The notes under the pieces were generated by a model, which worked only from the letters and a program-made list of their open reading frames with translations, was not told the DNA's origin and made no database searches. Below, in pieces: positions 9,650-18,415 of a stretch of DNA of 64,000 bases. Every line of letters begins with the position of its first letter. Positions within the stretch are counted from its first letter, which is position 1. Where the stretch lies: positions 139,395 through 203,394 of the forward strand of contig CAZMTN010000001.1 of NCBI GenBank assembly GCA_964569655.1, given 5' to 3'. Origin of the DNA: an uncultured Candidatus Saccharibacteria bacterium. GTDB lineage: Bacteria > Patescibacteriota > Minisyncoccia > Phycocordibacterales > Phycocordibacteraceae. The position numbers and the translations under genes were made by a program.

Positions 9650-10488
9650 GCAAGTAGCTTCCGCATCCACGCCTTCTGTCTGCGCGCGTAGTGCCAGAGC
9701 TTCGAGGATAAGGCCGGGAACAGGGAAGCCTCATCCCGCTCTCCGCGCAGGTACTCCCCGACGATTTTATACTCAAGCCCGAACTCGCTGAGGCGCGCAT
9801 CGCCGACGTAGTTGCGGACGCGCTCCACTTCCTTGATGAGTCCGCGCTCAAGTGCTTGTGCGAGGCGCCTGTCGAGGCGCTCGCGAAGGTCCTCCCTCGG
9901 CAGGTCTATGACGATCCATTCAGGCTTGTATTTCGATACCGCATCCCGCTTCGGCACGCGGCCGTGCTGCTCGATGATCTCGAGCGCACGGACGAGCCGG
10001 CGCCTATTCTTCGGATCGAGCTCCGCGGCCCGCTCTGCATCCTTCTCTTCGATCAGGGCGTAGAGCTCCTCATCAGGGAGATTTTCAAGCTTTGCGCGGA
10101 GCTCATCGTTCATCGGCGTATTGCCCGGGATGCCGTTCAGCAACGCGTCAAAGTAGTAGTGGGTGCCGCCGGCGAGTATCGGAATCTTGCCGCGCTTGTA
10201 GATCTCCAGGATGAGCTTCTCGGCGTCCGCCACGAAATCCCCGGCGCTGTACGCGTCCTTCGGGTCCCGAATATCGATGAGATGGTGGGGGACGCCTTGC
10301 ATCTCCTCGGGGGAGATCTTCTCCGTGCCGATATCGAGCATCCGGTACACCTGGCGGGAGTCCACCGATATGACCTCTCCGCCCTGTTCGAGGGCCTCGG
10401 CGACGGCTCTGGCGGACTTTCCGGAGGCGGTCGGCCCGATGATGCAGATAAGCGGTATTTGCTGCCCCATTTGCCGGAATGCTATCAT
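9646..10488 (-). CDS. miaA: tRNA dimethylallyltransferase MiaA
   Basis: P-loop IGPTASGKS near the N-terminus and MiaA-conserved regions (VISVDSRQVYR, LIDI, ILAGGTHYYF). A minus-strand TATTTA -10 lies 5 nt upstream of the ATG. Confidence 0.85.
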   Translation of the reverse strand: MIAFRQMGQQIPLICIIGPTASGKSARAVAEALEQGGEVISVDSRQVYRMLDIGTEKISPEEMQGVPHHLIDIRDPKDAYSAGDFVADAEKLILEIYKRGKIPILAGGTHYYFDALLNGIPGNTPMNDELRAKLENLPDEELYALIEEKDAERAAELDPKNRRRLVRALEIIEQHGRVPKRDAVSKYKPEWIVIDLPREDLRERLDRRLAQALERGLIKEVERVRNYVGDARLSEFGLEYKIVGEYLRGERDEASLFPALSSKLWHYARRQKAWMRKLLA

Positions 10489-10511
10489 GGGGATAAATAA
10501 CGTACAGACCT

Positions 10512-11177
10512 ATGCCTAAAGAAACCAAGAGCAACTATTGCGAGAACTGCGGCGACTTCCATGAAGCGGAGCCGAGGGAGCATCACTCCTTCGTCCGTAT
10601 CGGGGAGCCGGTTCCAGACTACGAGTTCGAGTATTTCCAGAAGGACGAGATCAAGAAGGCCAAATTCTCCGACTTCCGCGGCAAGTGGCTCGCGGTGGTG
10701 TTCTACCCGGCGGACTTCACCTTCGTCTGCCCGACCGAGCTCGAGGACCTCGCGAAGCTCTATCCGAAGTTCAAGGAGGTAGGCGCAGAGATCCTCTCGT
10801 TCTCGACCGACACCGCCTTCGCGCACAAGGCATGGCACGACACCTCACCGGCCATCAAGCAGATCGAGTATCCGATGGGATCGGATCCGTCCGGCAAGAT
10901 CTCATACGCGTTCGGCACCCTTATCGAAGGAGGCGACATGCCGCTCACGGCGGACGAGGGCCTCTCGCTCCGCGGCAGCTTCCTCATCGATCCGACTGGG
11001 AATCTCCGCACTATCGAGATCCATGATAATTCCATCGGCCGTTCCGCGAAGGAGACCTTCCGCAAGCTCCAGGCCGCGCAGTTCGTGGAAACCCATCCGG
11101 GCAACGTCTGCCCCGCATCCTGGGAACCGGGAGACGATACACTCGAGCCGGGCGTGGGCCTCATCGGGAAGATATAA
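10512..11177 (+). CDS. Peroxiredoxin (AhpC/Tsa 2-Cys family) with a ~30-aa N-terminal extension
   Basis: FVCPTE peroxidatic-Cys motif, resolving Cys in GNVCPASW, Prx fold order throughout. The extension carries CENCGDFHEAEPREHH. Confidence 0.85.
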   Translation: MPKETKSNYCENCGDFHEAEPREHHSFVRIGEPVPDYEFEYFQKDEIKKAKFSDFRGKWLAVVFYPADFTFVCPTELEDLAKLYPKFKEVGAEILSFSTDTAFAHKAWHDTSPAIKQIEYPMGSDPSGKISYAFGTLIEGGDMPLTADEGLSLRGSFLIDPTGNLRTIEIHDNSIGRSAKETFRKLQAAQFVETHPGNVCPASWEPGDDTLEPGVGLIGKI

Positions 11178-11185
11178 AGAATGAA

Positions 11186-11217
11186 CCGGCGGAAATGAAT
11201 CCGCCGGTTTTAGTTTA
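11186..11217. terminator. Bidirectional terminator hairpin (ACCGGCGGA / TCCGCCGGT) between convergent genes
   Basis: Perfect 9-bp stem; TTTAGTTT follows on + and a T-rich run on -. Confidence 0.55.
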
Positions 11218-11877
11218 CGCAGTCAATTTCGCCCAATTCTCGCCCTTAGGCCGCAAGGGTATAGAACCTTGCTTGCAGAGCGGGCAGTCGGCCGGCAACC
11301 ACATGGGCATATGCCGGTCGATGAGCGCGACCAGCCTCCTCCTGTGGAGTTCACTCTTACTCGAGCGATTTACCAGGCAGGCGAAGTAGAGGATCGCCGT
11401 GGCGTGCGCCAGCTCGACGAGCGCCTCGACGAGGGTGATGCTCCCGCCCGTGGTGATGACGTCCTCGCACAGAAGGACCTTCTCGCCAGGCTTCGGGCGG
11501 CTGTCCTTCCACTCGAATCGGACGGTGATGCCATTCTCGACGATTTTCACCGGCGATGACCATTCGCACTTGCGTCCCCGTAAGTCCGTGATGATGTCAG
11601 CGAGGAATTCCGCGAGCTTGGTAGCACCGGTCTCAGGTCCCACCACCCGGTCTACCTCGAGCACGGTCGGATCAAGGGCGATGAGCTTGGTGATGAGGTC
11701 CGAAGCTGCCTCTCTGAGGAGCGCCTCGTCTGGAATCACGTTGCGGCTGTTGAAGAAGCCGTTCGAATGCCTTCCCGAAGTAAGTTCCGCATGTGGCTTC
11801 CTGGGGTCGCCGCCATGCATCCATAGGGCATCCTTGTCCTTGTAGGCCTGGATCCAGCCCTTCTCGCTTCTGTACAT
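11215..11877 (-). CDS. Phosphoribosyltransferase (orotate-PRTase-like, PyrE family)
   Basis: PRPP-binding motif VLLCEDVITTGGS, Rossmann-like surroundings, 220 aa. Confidence 0.7.
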   Translation of the reverse strand: MYRSEKGWIQAYKDKDALWMHGGDPRKPHAELTSGRHSNGFFNSRNVIPDEALLREAASDLITKLIALDPTVLEVDRVVGPETGATKLAEFLADIITDLRGRKCEWSSPVKIVENGITVRFEWKDSRPKPGEKVLLCEDVITTGGSITLVEALVELAHATAILYFACLVNRSSKSELHRRRLVALIDRHMPMWLPADCPLCKQGSIPLRPKGENWAKLTA

Positions 11878-11934
11878 CTATTTCTCCTGTGTACGCCTGC
11901 CGGAACCCTAGCAAGGGAGGCAGTACACCGCAAC

Positions 11935-12018
11935 TGGTGCCGGGGGTGAGACTTGAACTCACAAGACTCGCGTCGGAGGGTTTTGAATCCTCTGCGTTTA
12001 CCATTTCGCCACCCCGGC
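11935..12018 (-). tRNA. tRNA-Leu (anticodon CAA), class II with long variable arm; CCA encoded
   Basis: Reverse complement GCCGGGGTGGCGAAATGGTAAACGCAGAGGATTCAAAACCCTCCGACGCGAGTCTTGTGAGTTCAAGTCTCACCCCCGGCACCA folds with a 7-bp acceptor, anticodon loop TTCAAAA, 13-nt variable arm, and T-arm GTGAG-TTCAAGT-CTCAC. Confidence 0.85.
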
Positions 12019-12082
12019 GTGCCCATTATCCTACGTACCAATTGTCCTTCTGGCAATGCGCGCGTGATACAATGCATCCAAT

Positions 12083-13027
12083 ATGACGGCAGGAAATTTC
12101 CAGGAGCCGACCCGCTATGACTCGGTCTATTGGGTGGAGACGGAGCGCGTGAAGCCGAATCCGTATCAGCCGCGCAAGGAATTCGACGAGGAGCGCCTCA
12201 AGTCCCTCGCCGAATCCATCCGCCAGTACGGCATCCTCCAGCCGCTCACCGTGACGCGCACCGAGACCGTGAAGCCGGACGGCGGCATCCAGAGCGGATA
12301 TGAGCTCATCGCCGGGGAGCGCCGCCTGCGCGCTGCGATGCTCATCGGCCTCAGGGAAGTGCCGGTGGTAATCCGCGTCGGGGAGGAATCGAGCAAGATG
12401 AAGCTCGAGCTCGCCATCATCGAGAATCTCCAGCGCGAGGACCTCAATGCCATCGACCGCGCGAAGGCGCTCTCGCAGCTCGCCAAGGAGTTCGGCCTCT
12501 CGCACGCGGAGATCGGCACGCGCGTGGGCCGCAGCCGCGAGTTCGTGAGCAACAGCATCCGTCTCCTCCAGCTGCCTGAGGAGATCCAGCAGGCCGTCAC
12601 CGACAAGAAGATCTCCGAGGGGCACGCCCGCGCGCTCCTCATGCTCTGCGACCGCCCGGAGGAGCAGATGACTCTCTTCAAGGACATGGTGCTCAAGAAG
12701 ACTTCGGTACGTGTCGCGGAGCAGCTCGCCCGCCGCATCGCGACCGACAAGATCCGCAAGCACGATAAGACGCCGGAGATGATGGAGATCGAGAAGTCCC
12801 TCACCGAGACGCTCGGCACCCGCGTCCTCATCGAGAACCGACCGCAGGGCGGCCGCGTCCTCATCGAGTTCTTCTCCCCGGAGGATCTGAATACCATCCT
12901 TGCTGCGATCGCGCCTAAGGAGCCGGACATGGCGGAAGTGGCCGTCGAGGCGCCTATCGTCGAGGCTACCGACCCTGAGCCGAAGGAAGAGGAGGATATC
13001 TACTCCATCAAGAATTTCGTAGTCTAG
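12083..13027 (+). CDS. parB: Chromosome partitioning protein ParB/Spo0J
   Basis: ParB box (LIAGERRLRAA), HTH region and ParB N-terminal domain; 314 aa. An upstream TGaTACAAT -10 lies 9 nt before the ATG. Confidence 0.85.
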   Translation: MTAGNFQEPTRYDSVYWVETERVKPNPYQPRKEFDEERLKSLAESIRQYGILQPLTVTRTETVKPDGGIQSGYELIAGERRLRAAMLIGLREVPVVIRVGEESSKMKLELAIIENLQREDLNAIDRAKALSQLAKEFGLSHAEIGTRVGRSREFVSNSIRLLQLPEEIQQAVTDKKISEGHARALLMLCDRPEEQMTLFKDMVLKKTSVRVAEQLARRIATDKIRKHDKTPEMMEIEKSLTETLGTRVLIENRPQGGRVLIEFFSPEDLNTILAAIAPKEPDMAEVAVEAPIVEATDPEPKEEEDIYSIKNFVV

Positions 13028-14637
13028 TGCTTCTTCCCCTTCTTCTCCTTTGATTTCTTCGTAGGCGCGAGGGTCGCTTCGCGTTCCGCTTCTGCCGCTC
13101 CCGTTGCGATCCTGATATGGCGGCGCGCCATGGAGGTCTTCGCGTACTCGAGCCATTTTGCGGTGGGGTGGGCAGAATCGCGGGTCATGATCTCCACCTG
13201 GTCGCCGTTCCTGAGCTTCGTATCCAGGGACACCAGCTTCCCGTTCACCTTGGCGCCGTTCATATGATTCCCGAGCGCGCTGTGTATCGCGTAGGCGAAA
13301 TCCACGGGCGTGGATTCGTACGGGAGGTCGATCGCGTCGCCGTCCGGCGTGAATACGAACACGCGGTGCGAGAAGAAATCCTCCTTGAGGCCCGAGATGA
13401 ATTCATCGGAGCCCGTCACCTCTGCATGGGCATCCCGCAGGTCGGTGAGCCAGGCAGGGATATCGCCCGGCATCGGCACCTGGGAGACGCCCGTAGCTGG
13501 CCCTGCGGGCTTCCTCGAGAAGTTGAGGAGCGAAGGGATGAGGTCGCGCACCCAGGAGAAGGAAAGGCGGCTGTACGCGCTCTTGGCGGCGTTCCCGAGG
13601 GCCTTGTATGACATATGCGACGCGATGCCGAACTGCGCGTGGCGGTGCATCTCCTCGGTGCGCACCTGCACTTCCACGATGCCGGCCTCGGCCGTGAGGA
13701 GGGTTGTATGGAGGGACTTGTAGCCGTTGGGCTTCGGGAAGGCGATGTAGTCCTTGAACTCGCCTGGCAGCGGCTTCCAGAGCGCATGGATGAAGCCGAG
13801 CACGGTATAGCACTCGCCGATGTCCTTTACGATGACGCGGAGCGCGGCGATGTCATGGATGACCGAGATGTCATCTCGCTTGCGCTTCAGCTTCTGGTGG
13901 AGGCTCCACAGGCCCTTCATGCGGATCTCCGTGCGGAAGTTCGTTATCCGGTTGCGGCCGAGCGTGTTCTGGAGCGCCTTCTGGATCTTCGCGAGGCCTG
14001 CCTCGTTCTCTTTGACTTTCAGCTTGCGGACTTCGACCACATGCGCGTATGCATCCGGATCGATGAAGGGGAACGCCATGTCCTCGAACTCCTTCTTGAT
14101 GCGTCCCATGCCGAGGCGGTCCGCTATGGGCGCGTAGATCTCGATGGTCTCGAGCGCGATGCGGTGGCGCTTCTCCTCCGGCACGTGATGGAGGGTGGTC
14201 ATGTTGTGATAGCGGTCGATGAGCTTGATGATGAGCACGCGGATGTCCGCCGAGGTGGCGACGAGGAGGCGGCGCAATGACTCCGCGTGCCGCTCGGTGC
14301 CGCGGTACTTGTGATGCCCGAGCTTAGTCACGCCCTCGACGAGGAAGAGAACGTCCTCGCCGAATTCCTTCTGGACATCGACGGAGCTAGTCTTCGTATC
14401 CTCGATGGTGTCGTGGAGGAGCCCCGCGATGACCGTATGCGCGTCCATGCCGAGCGCCGCGAGGTGCTTGGCTACCGCTGCCGGGTGGATGAAGTACGGC
14501 TCCCCGGAGAACCGGGTGTGGCCTTCATGGGCCTTCAGGCCGAAGGCATATGCCTTCTCGATCAGCGCGAGGTCCTCGGCGCTGGCTCCCTGCATCTCCG
14601 CCTGGATTTCCTTGACGGTGGTCATTGACCTGAGCAT
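13024..14637 (-). CDS. rel: Bifunctional (p)ppGpp synthetase/hydrolase, short RelA/SpoT homolog (HD hydrolase, synthetase and TGS domains; no ACT domain)
   Basis: HD motif (HDTIEDT), synthetase region (RVIVKD...GYKSLHTT) and TGS (VFVFTPDGDAIDLP); Lys-rich C-terminal tail. Its stop overlaps the parB stop by 4 nt (convergent). Confidence 0.85.
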   Translation of the reverse strand: MLRSMTTVKEIQAEMQGASAEDLALIEKAYAFGLKAHEGHTRFSGEPYFIHPAAVAKHLAALGMDAHTVIAGLLHDTIEDTKTSSVDVQKEFGEDVLFLVEGVTKLGHHKYRGTERHAESLRRLLVATSADIRVLIIKLIDRYHNMTTLHHVPEEKRHRIALETIEIYAPIADRLGMGRIKKEFEDMAFPFIDPDAYAHVVEVRKLKVKENEAGLAKIQKALQNTLGRNRITNFRTEIRMKGLWSLHQKLKRKRDDISVIHDIAALRVIVKDIGECYTVLGFIHALWKPLPGEFKDYIAFPKPNGYKSLHTTLLTAEAGIVEVQVRTEEMHRHAQFGIASHMSYKALGNAAKSAYSRLSFSWVRDLIPSLLNFSRKPAGPATGVSQVPMPGDIPAWLTDLRDAHAEVTGSDEFISGLKEDFFSHRVFVFTPDGDAIDLPYESTPVDFAYAIHSALGNHMNGAKVNGKLVSLDTKLRNGDQVEIMTRDSAHPTAKWLEYAKTSMARRHIRIATGAAEAEREATLAPTKKSKEKKGKKH

Positions 14638-14673
14638 ACTGCGATTGAAGTTCCTTGGGAAGGGAAACAGATC

Positions 14674-14841
14674 ATGGCAGTACTCGGGAGAGAGATACCC
14701 GGAACCTTGTCCGATGAAGACGTGGAGCGCCTCGGCATAGCGCCGTGGACATTAAGCCCCGAGGCCGTCGCGCGTATCGAGGAACTCGAGGCAAGCATGC
14801 GACTTTCGGCATCCATGTCGCGTTATATCTATAGCGATTAG
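14674..14841 (+). CDS. Small hypothetical protein (55 aa)
   Basis: ATG ORF MAVLGREIPGTLSDEDVERLGIAPWTLSPEAVARIEELEASMRLSASMSRYIYSD preceded by GGGAAGGGAAA; below the ORF-track cutoff; sits between rel and topA. Confidence 0.25.
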   Translation: MAVLGREIPGTLSDEDVERLGIAPWTLSPEAVARIEELEASMRLSASMSRYIYSD

Positions 14842-14861
14842 CGCATCAAAAGAGAGAAGCA

Positions 14862-14999
14862 ATGACCAAGAGAGAAGACGATCTTTATGAAAGCCTCTCA
14901 GGCGGGAAGCCGCCGAAGAAGGGTATCTCAAATCAGCAGCCTGCCGAGCAGAAGCCCAGGCAAGTTCGACGGGAAGATATCCGGGCAAAGTACGATTGA
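14862..14999 (+). CDS. Small hypothetical basic protein (45 aa)
   Basis: ORF MTKREDDLYESLSGGKPPKKGISNQQPAEQKPRQVRREDIRAKYD preceded by a purine-rich AGAGAGAAG; followed by a terminator hairpin shared with topA. Confidence 0.25.
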   Translation: MTKREDDLYESLSGGKPPKKGISNQQPAEQKPRQVRREDIRAKYD

Positions 15000-15007
15000 C
15001 CAATGAG

Positions 15008-15036
15008 AAAACAGCGCCTCCCGGGGCGCTGTTTCT
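15008..15036. terminator. Bidirectional terminator hairpin (AACAGCGCC / GGCGCTGTT) between the small + ORF and convergent topA
   Basis: 9-bp perfect stem abutting the topA stop. Confidence 0.5.
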
Positions 15037-17428
15037 ACTTGAGGTATTCGGCTGCCTCCTCCGGAGAGAGCTTCTCTATATCCGCGCTCTCAGGGAGATA
15101 GATGCGGCGGAGCCCCTTCTTGAAGAAATGCCCCTGCTTCGATTTGTAGAGTACCAGCGACTTGCCGGTCTTCGGGTGCTTGCCGACCTCCTTCACGATC
15201 TCCACGCCGCGCGGCGGGCGCTTCGGCTCGTTGATAAGCTCTACGGCGCGCTCGAGCGAGACCGTGTACGGCTCATCCGCGCCCTTGAGCGAGCGGAACT
15301 CGCCGTCATGCACGACGAAAGGACCGAAACGGCCGACGCTCGCCGAGACAGGCTTGCCGCTCGTCGGGTGATCGCCAAGCACGCGAGGAAGGGAAAGATA
15401 CTTCACCGCATCCTCGAGCGAGACCTTCGAGATGTCGGTCCCTGGAGGGATGCTTGCGCGCTTGGCGTTAATCTTCGGCTTCTTCGGCTTGCGCGGCTTC
15501 TTCGCCCCCTTTTTCGGAGGAACTGGCTCATCTTTCGCTTCTTCGACAGGCGCGTCGTCTATCGGCATCTCGACGTAGGGGCCGAAGCGGCCAGTACGGA
15601 TGTAGATCGGCTTCCCGGTCTCCGGGTGGTTGCCGATCGGTTCGTCCGGCTTCAGCTCCGCGCCGCTCTCCGTGCGTGCGCCGAGGCAATCCGGATACTT
15701 GTCGCAGCTCATGAATATGCCGCCACGGCCGAGCTTGAACTCCATTTGGCTCTTGCAGAGCGGGCAATGGAACTCCGCAGGCGCCTTGCCGAGCGAGGTC
15801 GCCTTGGGAAGATCCGCCTTCGAGGCTACCTCCTTCGCGAACGGCGCATAGAAATCAGAAAGGGTAGCTTCGTAGCCGCGTTCGCCGCGGGCGATCTCGT
15901 CGAGCTCCTCTTCCATCTCCGCGGTATAGGAATCACTGATGTAATTCGCGAAATGCTCCTCGAGCCAGCCGGACACCACCATGCCGGTTGCGGTAGGCAC
16001 CAGCGTGCGGCCCTGCTTCTCGACATAGCCGCGGTCCGCGATGGTCTTCATGATGGACGCGTAGGTCGACGGGCGCCCGATGCCGCGCTTCTCGAGCTCC
16101 TTCACGAGGCCGGCCTCGGTGTACCGGTTGGGCGGCTGCGTCTGCTTCTCTTCGCCGATGAGCGATTCGAGCGTCACCGCCTCGCCCTCGGCGAGCTTCG
16201 GGAGCTCGGTGTCCTCGCCGCGCGCGCGGGTGTCGCAGAGGAGCCAGCCTGGGAAGGTGATGCGGGAGCCGTTCGCAGAGAAGAGCGGGATGTCGGCGTC
16301 AGCCATGACTTTCACGGCAGTACGGAGCGCCTTCGCGCTCGCCATCTGCGACGCGAGCGTGCGGATGCGGATAAGCTCGTAGAGCGCATGCTCGTCGGCG
16401 GTGCTCCCGGCGGACTTCTTGCCCGGATCGGTCGGGCGGACCGCTTCGTGCGCCTCCTGCGCGTTTTTGCTCTTCGTCTTATATGCGCGCACCTGCACCA
16501 GTTCCTTGCCGTACTCGCTCTCGACGGCAGCGGCAAGCGCAGCGACCGCCTCTTTGCCGAGGTTCACTGAGTCGGTACGCATGTACGTGATGTGACCAGC
16601 TTCGTAGAGCTTCTGGGCGGCCCGCATAGTGCGGCTCGGCGAGAAACCGAGGCGCGTGCTCGCGACCTGCTGCAAGGAGGATGTGGTGAACGGCGGACGA
16701 GGCGCGCGCTCTTCGTCGCGCTCCGTAACCTCCTTGATGCTCCACTTCGCCTTTTCCCCGAGCGAGACGATGCGGTCCGCCTCCTCCTTGGTCTTCGGCT
16801 CCTCGGAGCAGGCAGCGGGGAATGAGCCGCCCTTCGACTTGAAATTCGCGCCGATGACGAAGTACGTCTCCGGCACGAACGCTTGGATCTCGCGCTCCCG
16901 CTCCGCGAGGATGCGGAGTGCCGGAGACTGCACGCGTCCGGCAGAAAGGCCGTAGCGGACTTTCTTCCAGATGAGGCCCGATAGGTTGTATCCCACGATG
17001 CGGTCGAGCACGCGGCGCGCTTCCTGAGCCGCGCGCAGATGCTCGTCGATGGGGCGCGGATGGCCGATAGCCTCCTCGATCGCGGTTTTCGTGATCTCGT
17101 GGAAGACCACGCGCTGCGGCTTCTTGAGGCCTACGGCTTCCTTGATGTGCCAGGCGATGGCCTCGCCCTCGCGGTCGGGGTCGGTCGCGAGGTAGACCTG
17201 GTCAGCTTTCGCTGCAGCCTTCTTGATGCGCTCGATCACCTCGCGCTTCTCGGCGGGGACGATGTAGTTCGGCTTGAAGCCGTTCTCGATGTCGATAGCG
17301 TCCTTCTCGGACTTCGGGAGGTCGCGGACGTGGCCCACGGAGGCAAGCACCTCGTATGCTTTGCCGAGGTAGCCCTGCACCGTGCGCGCTTTCGCCGGCG
17401 ACTCTACTATTAATAGTGTCTTGCCCAT
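15035..17428 (-). CDS. topA: DNA topoisomerase I
   Basis: 797 aa. TOPRIM N-terminus (LLIVESPAKARTV), active-site Tyr region (ITYMRTDS), C-terminal Zn-ribbon CPLCKSQMEFKLGRGGIFMSCDKYPDC and Lys-rich tail. Confidence 0.9.
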   Translation of the reverse strand: MGKTLLIVESPAKARTVQGYLGKAYEVLASVGHVRDLPKSEKDAIDIENGFKPNYIVPAEKREVIERIKKAAAKADQVYLATDPDREGEAIAWHIKEAVGLKKPQRVVFHEITKTAIEEAIGHPRPIDEHLRAAQEARRVLDRIVGYNLSGLIWKKVRYGLSAGRVQSPALRILAEREREIQAFVPETYFVIGANFKSKGGSFPAACSEEPKTKEEADRIVSLGEKAKWSIKEVTERDEERAPRPPFTTSSLQQVASTRLGFSPSRTMRAAQKLYEAGHITYMRTDSVNLGKEAVAALAAAVESEYGKELVQVRAYKTKSKNAQEAHEAVRPTDPGKKSAGSTADEHALYELIRIRTLASQMASAKALRTAVKVMADADIPLFSANGSRITFPGWLLCDTRARGEDTELPKLAEGEAVTLESLIGEEKQTQPPNRYTEAGLVKELEKRGIGRPSTYASIMKTIADRGYVEKQGRTLVPTATGMVVSGWLEEHFANYISDSYTAEMEEELDEIARGERGYEATLSDFYAPFAKEVASKADLPKATSLGKAPAEFHCPLCKSQMEFKLGRGGIFMSCDKYPDCLGARTESGAELKPDEPIGNHPETGKPIYIRTGRFGPYVEMPIDDAPVEEAKDEPVPPKKGAKKPRKPKKPKINAKRASIPPGTDISKVSLEDAVKYLSLPRVLGDHPTSGKPVSASVGRFGPFVVHDGEFRSLKGADEPYTVSLERAVELINEPKRPPRGVEIVKEVGKHPKTGKSLVLYKSKQGHFFKKGLRRIYLPESADIEKLSPEEAAEYLK

Positions 17429-17538
17429 TGAGCTTTACTCATACCGCACTATATATAGAGCGGTCAAGGAATGCTGAGTGCGTGAATAAGAAAAAGCGCC
17501 CGGCAAGCGAGCGCTTTTGTTAGAGGAATGAAGGTAGC

Positions 17539-17655
17539 TCAGTTTCCGATCACCGGCTCATCGGCCATGCGCCGGAAGGTGCCGCGGAAGATCAAAAGGA
17601 CCAAGAGTATCGCGCCCAATCCCAGTCCGCCGACAGCGTACAGCAACGTTTCCAT
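17539..17655 (-). CDS. Small hydrophobic protein (38 aa), possible operon member between dprA and topA
   Basis: METLLYAVGGLGLGAILLVLLIFRGTFRRMADEPVIGN; AAGGGG Shine-Dalgarno 7 nt upstream; same strand as dprA and topA. Confidence 0.25.
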   Translation of the reverse strand: METLLYAVGGLGLGAILLVLLIFRGTFRRMADEPVIGN

Positions 17656-17715
17656 CAATAGCCCCTTACGACAATTTGCTTCGGGATTTGTTATACCACA
17701 GGTCCCGGCTCGCGT

Positions 17716-18396
17716 CTAAAGCATCGATGGAGTATCTGAATCGAGTCCGAGCGCCTCGAGGATGTGCGCAGGCTCTGTTATCAATGTAGCGCCAAGGCGG
17801 ATGAACTGATGCGGACCCACCCCATGCGCATCGGTGATGCGGTGGGGAACGCAGAGCAGGTCACGATTATATTCGGCGGCAAGGCGCGCGGTGATGAGCG
17901 TTCCCGATTGCTCCGATGCTTCTATGACGAGCACTGCGTCCGCCATCCCTACCATGAGGCGATTCCGGGAGGGGAAGTCGCGCGGCTTCGGCACGTGCAT
18001 CGGCTCGTTCTCAGAGATGAGCGCTCCTCCTGCCGCAAGGATATCCTGCGCGAGCGTGAGGTTAGTCCGGGGACCGACCACGCTGTCGTCGAGGCCGGAG
18101 CCGGGCACGGCGATGGTGTGGAGTCCTGCATCGAGCGCGGCTTGATGCGCGCACGCGTCCGCGCCGAGCGCGAGCCCGGAGACGATGGAGATCGGGTAAC
18201 CCCTGAGTCCGCTGATAAGGAGCTCGCACGCTTCCTTCCCGTATGCGGAAAGTTCTCTCGAGCCCACCACGGCGAGATACTTATGCCCGCTGGGCGGGAA
18301 TGAGCCGCGCATCCAGAGCTTCACGGGCGGCTCCGGGATATGCGCGAGCCCCTGCGGATATGCTGACGATTCAAGTTGTCGTATAGGCTCCTGCAT
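17716..18396 (-). CDS. dprA: DNA processing protein DprA (Smf)
   Basis: DprA Rossmann-fold motifs (AVVGSR...SGLALGADAAAHQAAL...GSG, LISE). Start taken at MQEPIRQ (18396); the ORF-track start at 18654 lies in a low-complexity stretch antisense to serS. Confidence 0.75.
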   Translation of the reverse strand: MQEPIRQLESSAYPQGLAHIPEPPVKLWMRGSFPPSGHKYLAVVGSRELSAYGKEACELLISGLRGYPISIVSGLALGADACAHQAALDAGLHTIAVPGSGLDDSVVGPRTNLTLAQDILAAGGALISENEPMHVPKPRDFPSRNRLMVGMADAVLVIEASEQSGTLITARLAAEYNRDLLCVPHRITDAHGVGPHQFIRLGATLITEPAHILEALGLDSDTPSML

Positions 18397-18415
18397 ACTA
18401 TGCTTGGGATTATAT

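Noticed and set aside
12026-13156. 376-aa minus-strand ORF
   Set aside because: Antisense to parB and the rel 3' end.
17528-17719. 63-aa + strand ORF
   Set aside because: No start context; the opposite-strand 38-aa ORF with an AAGGGG Shine-Dalgarno is the more plausible of the two, though itself low-confidence.
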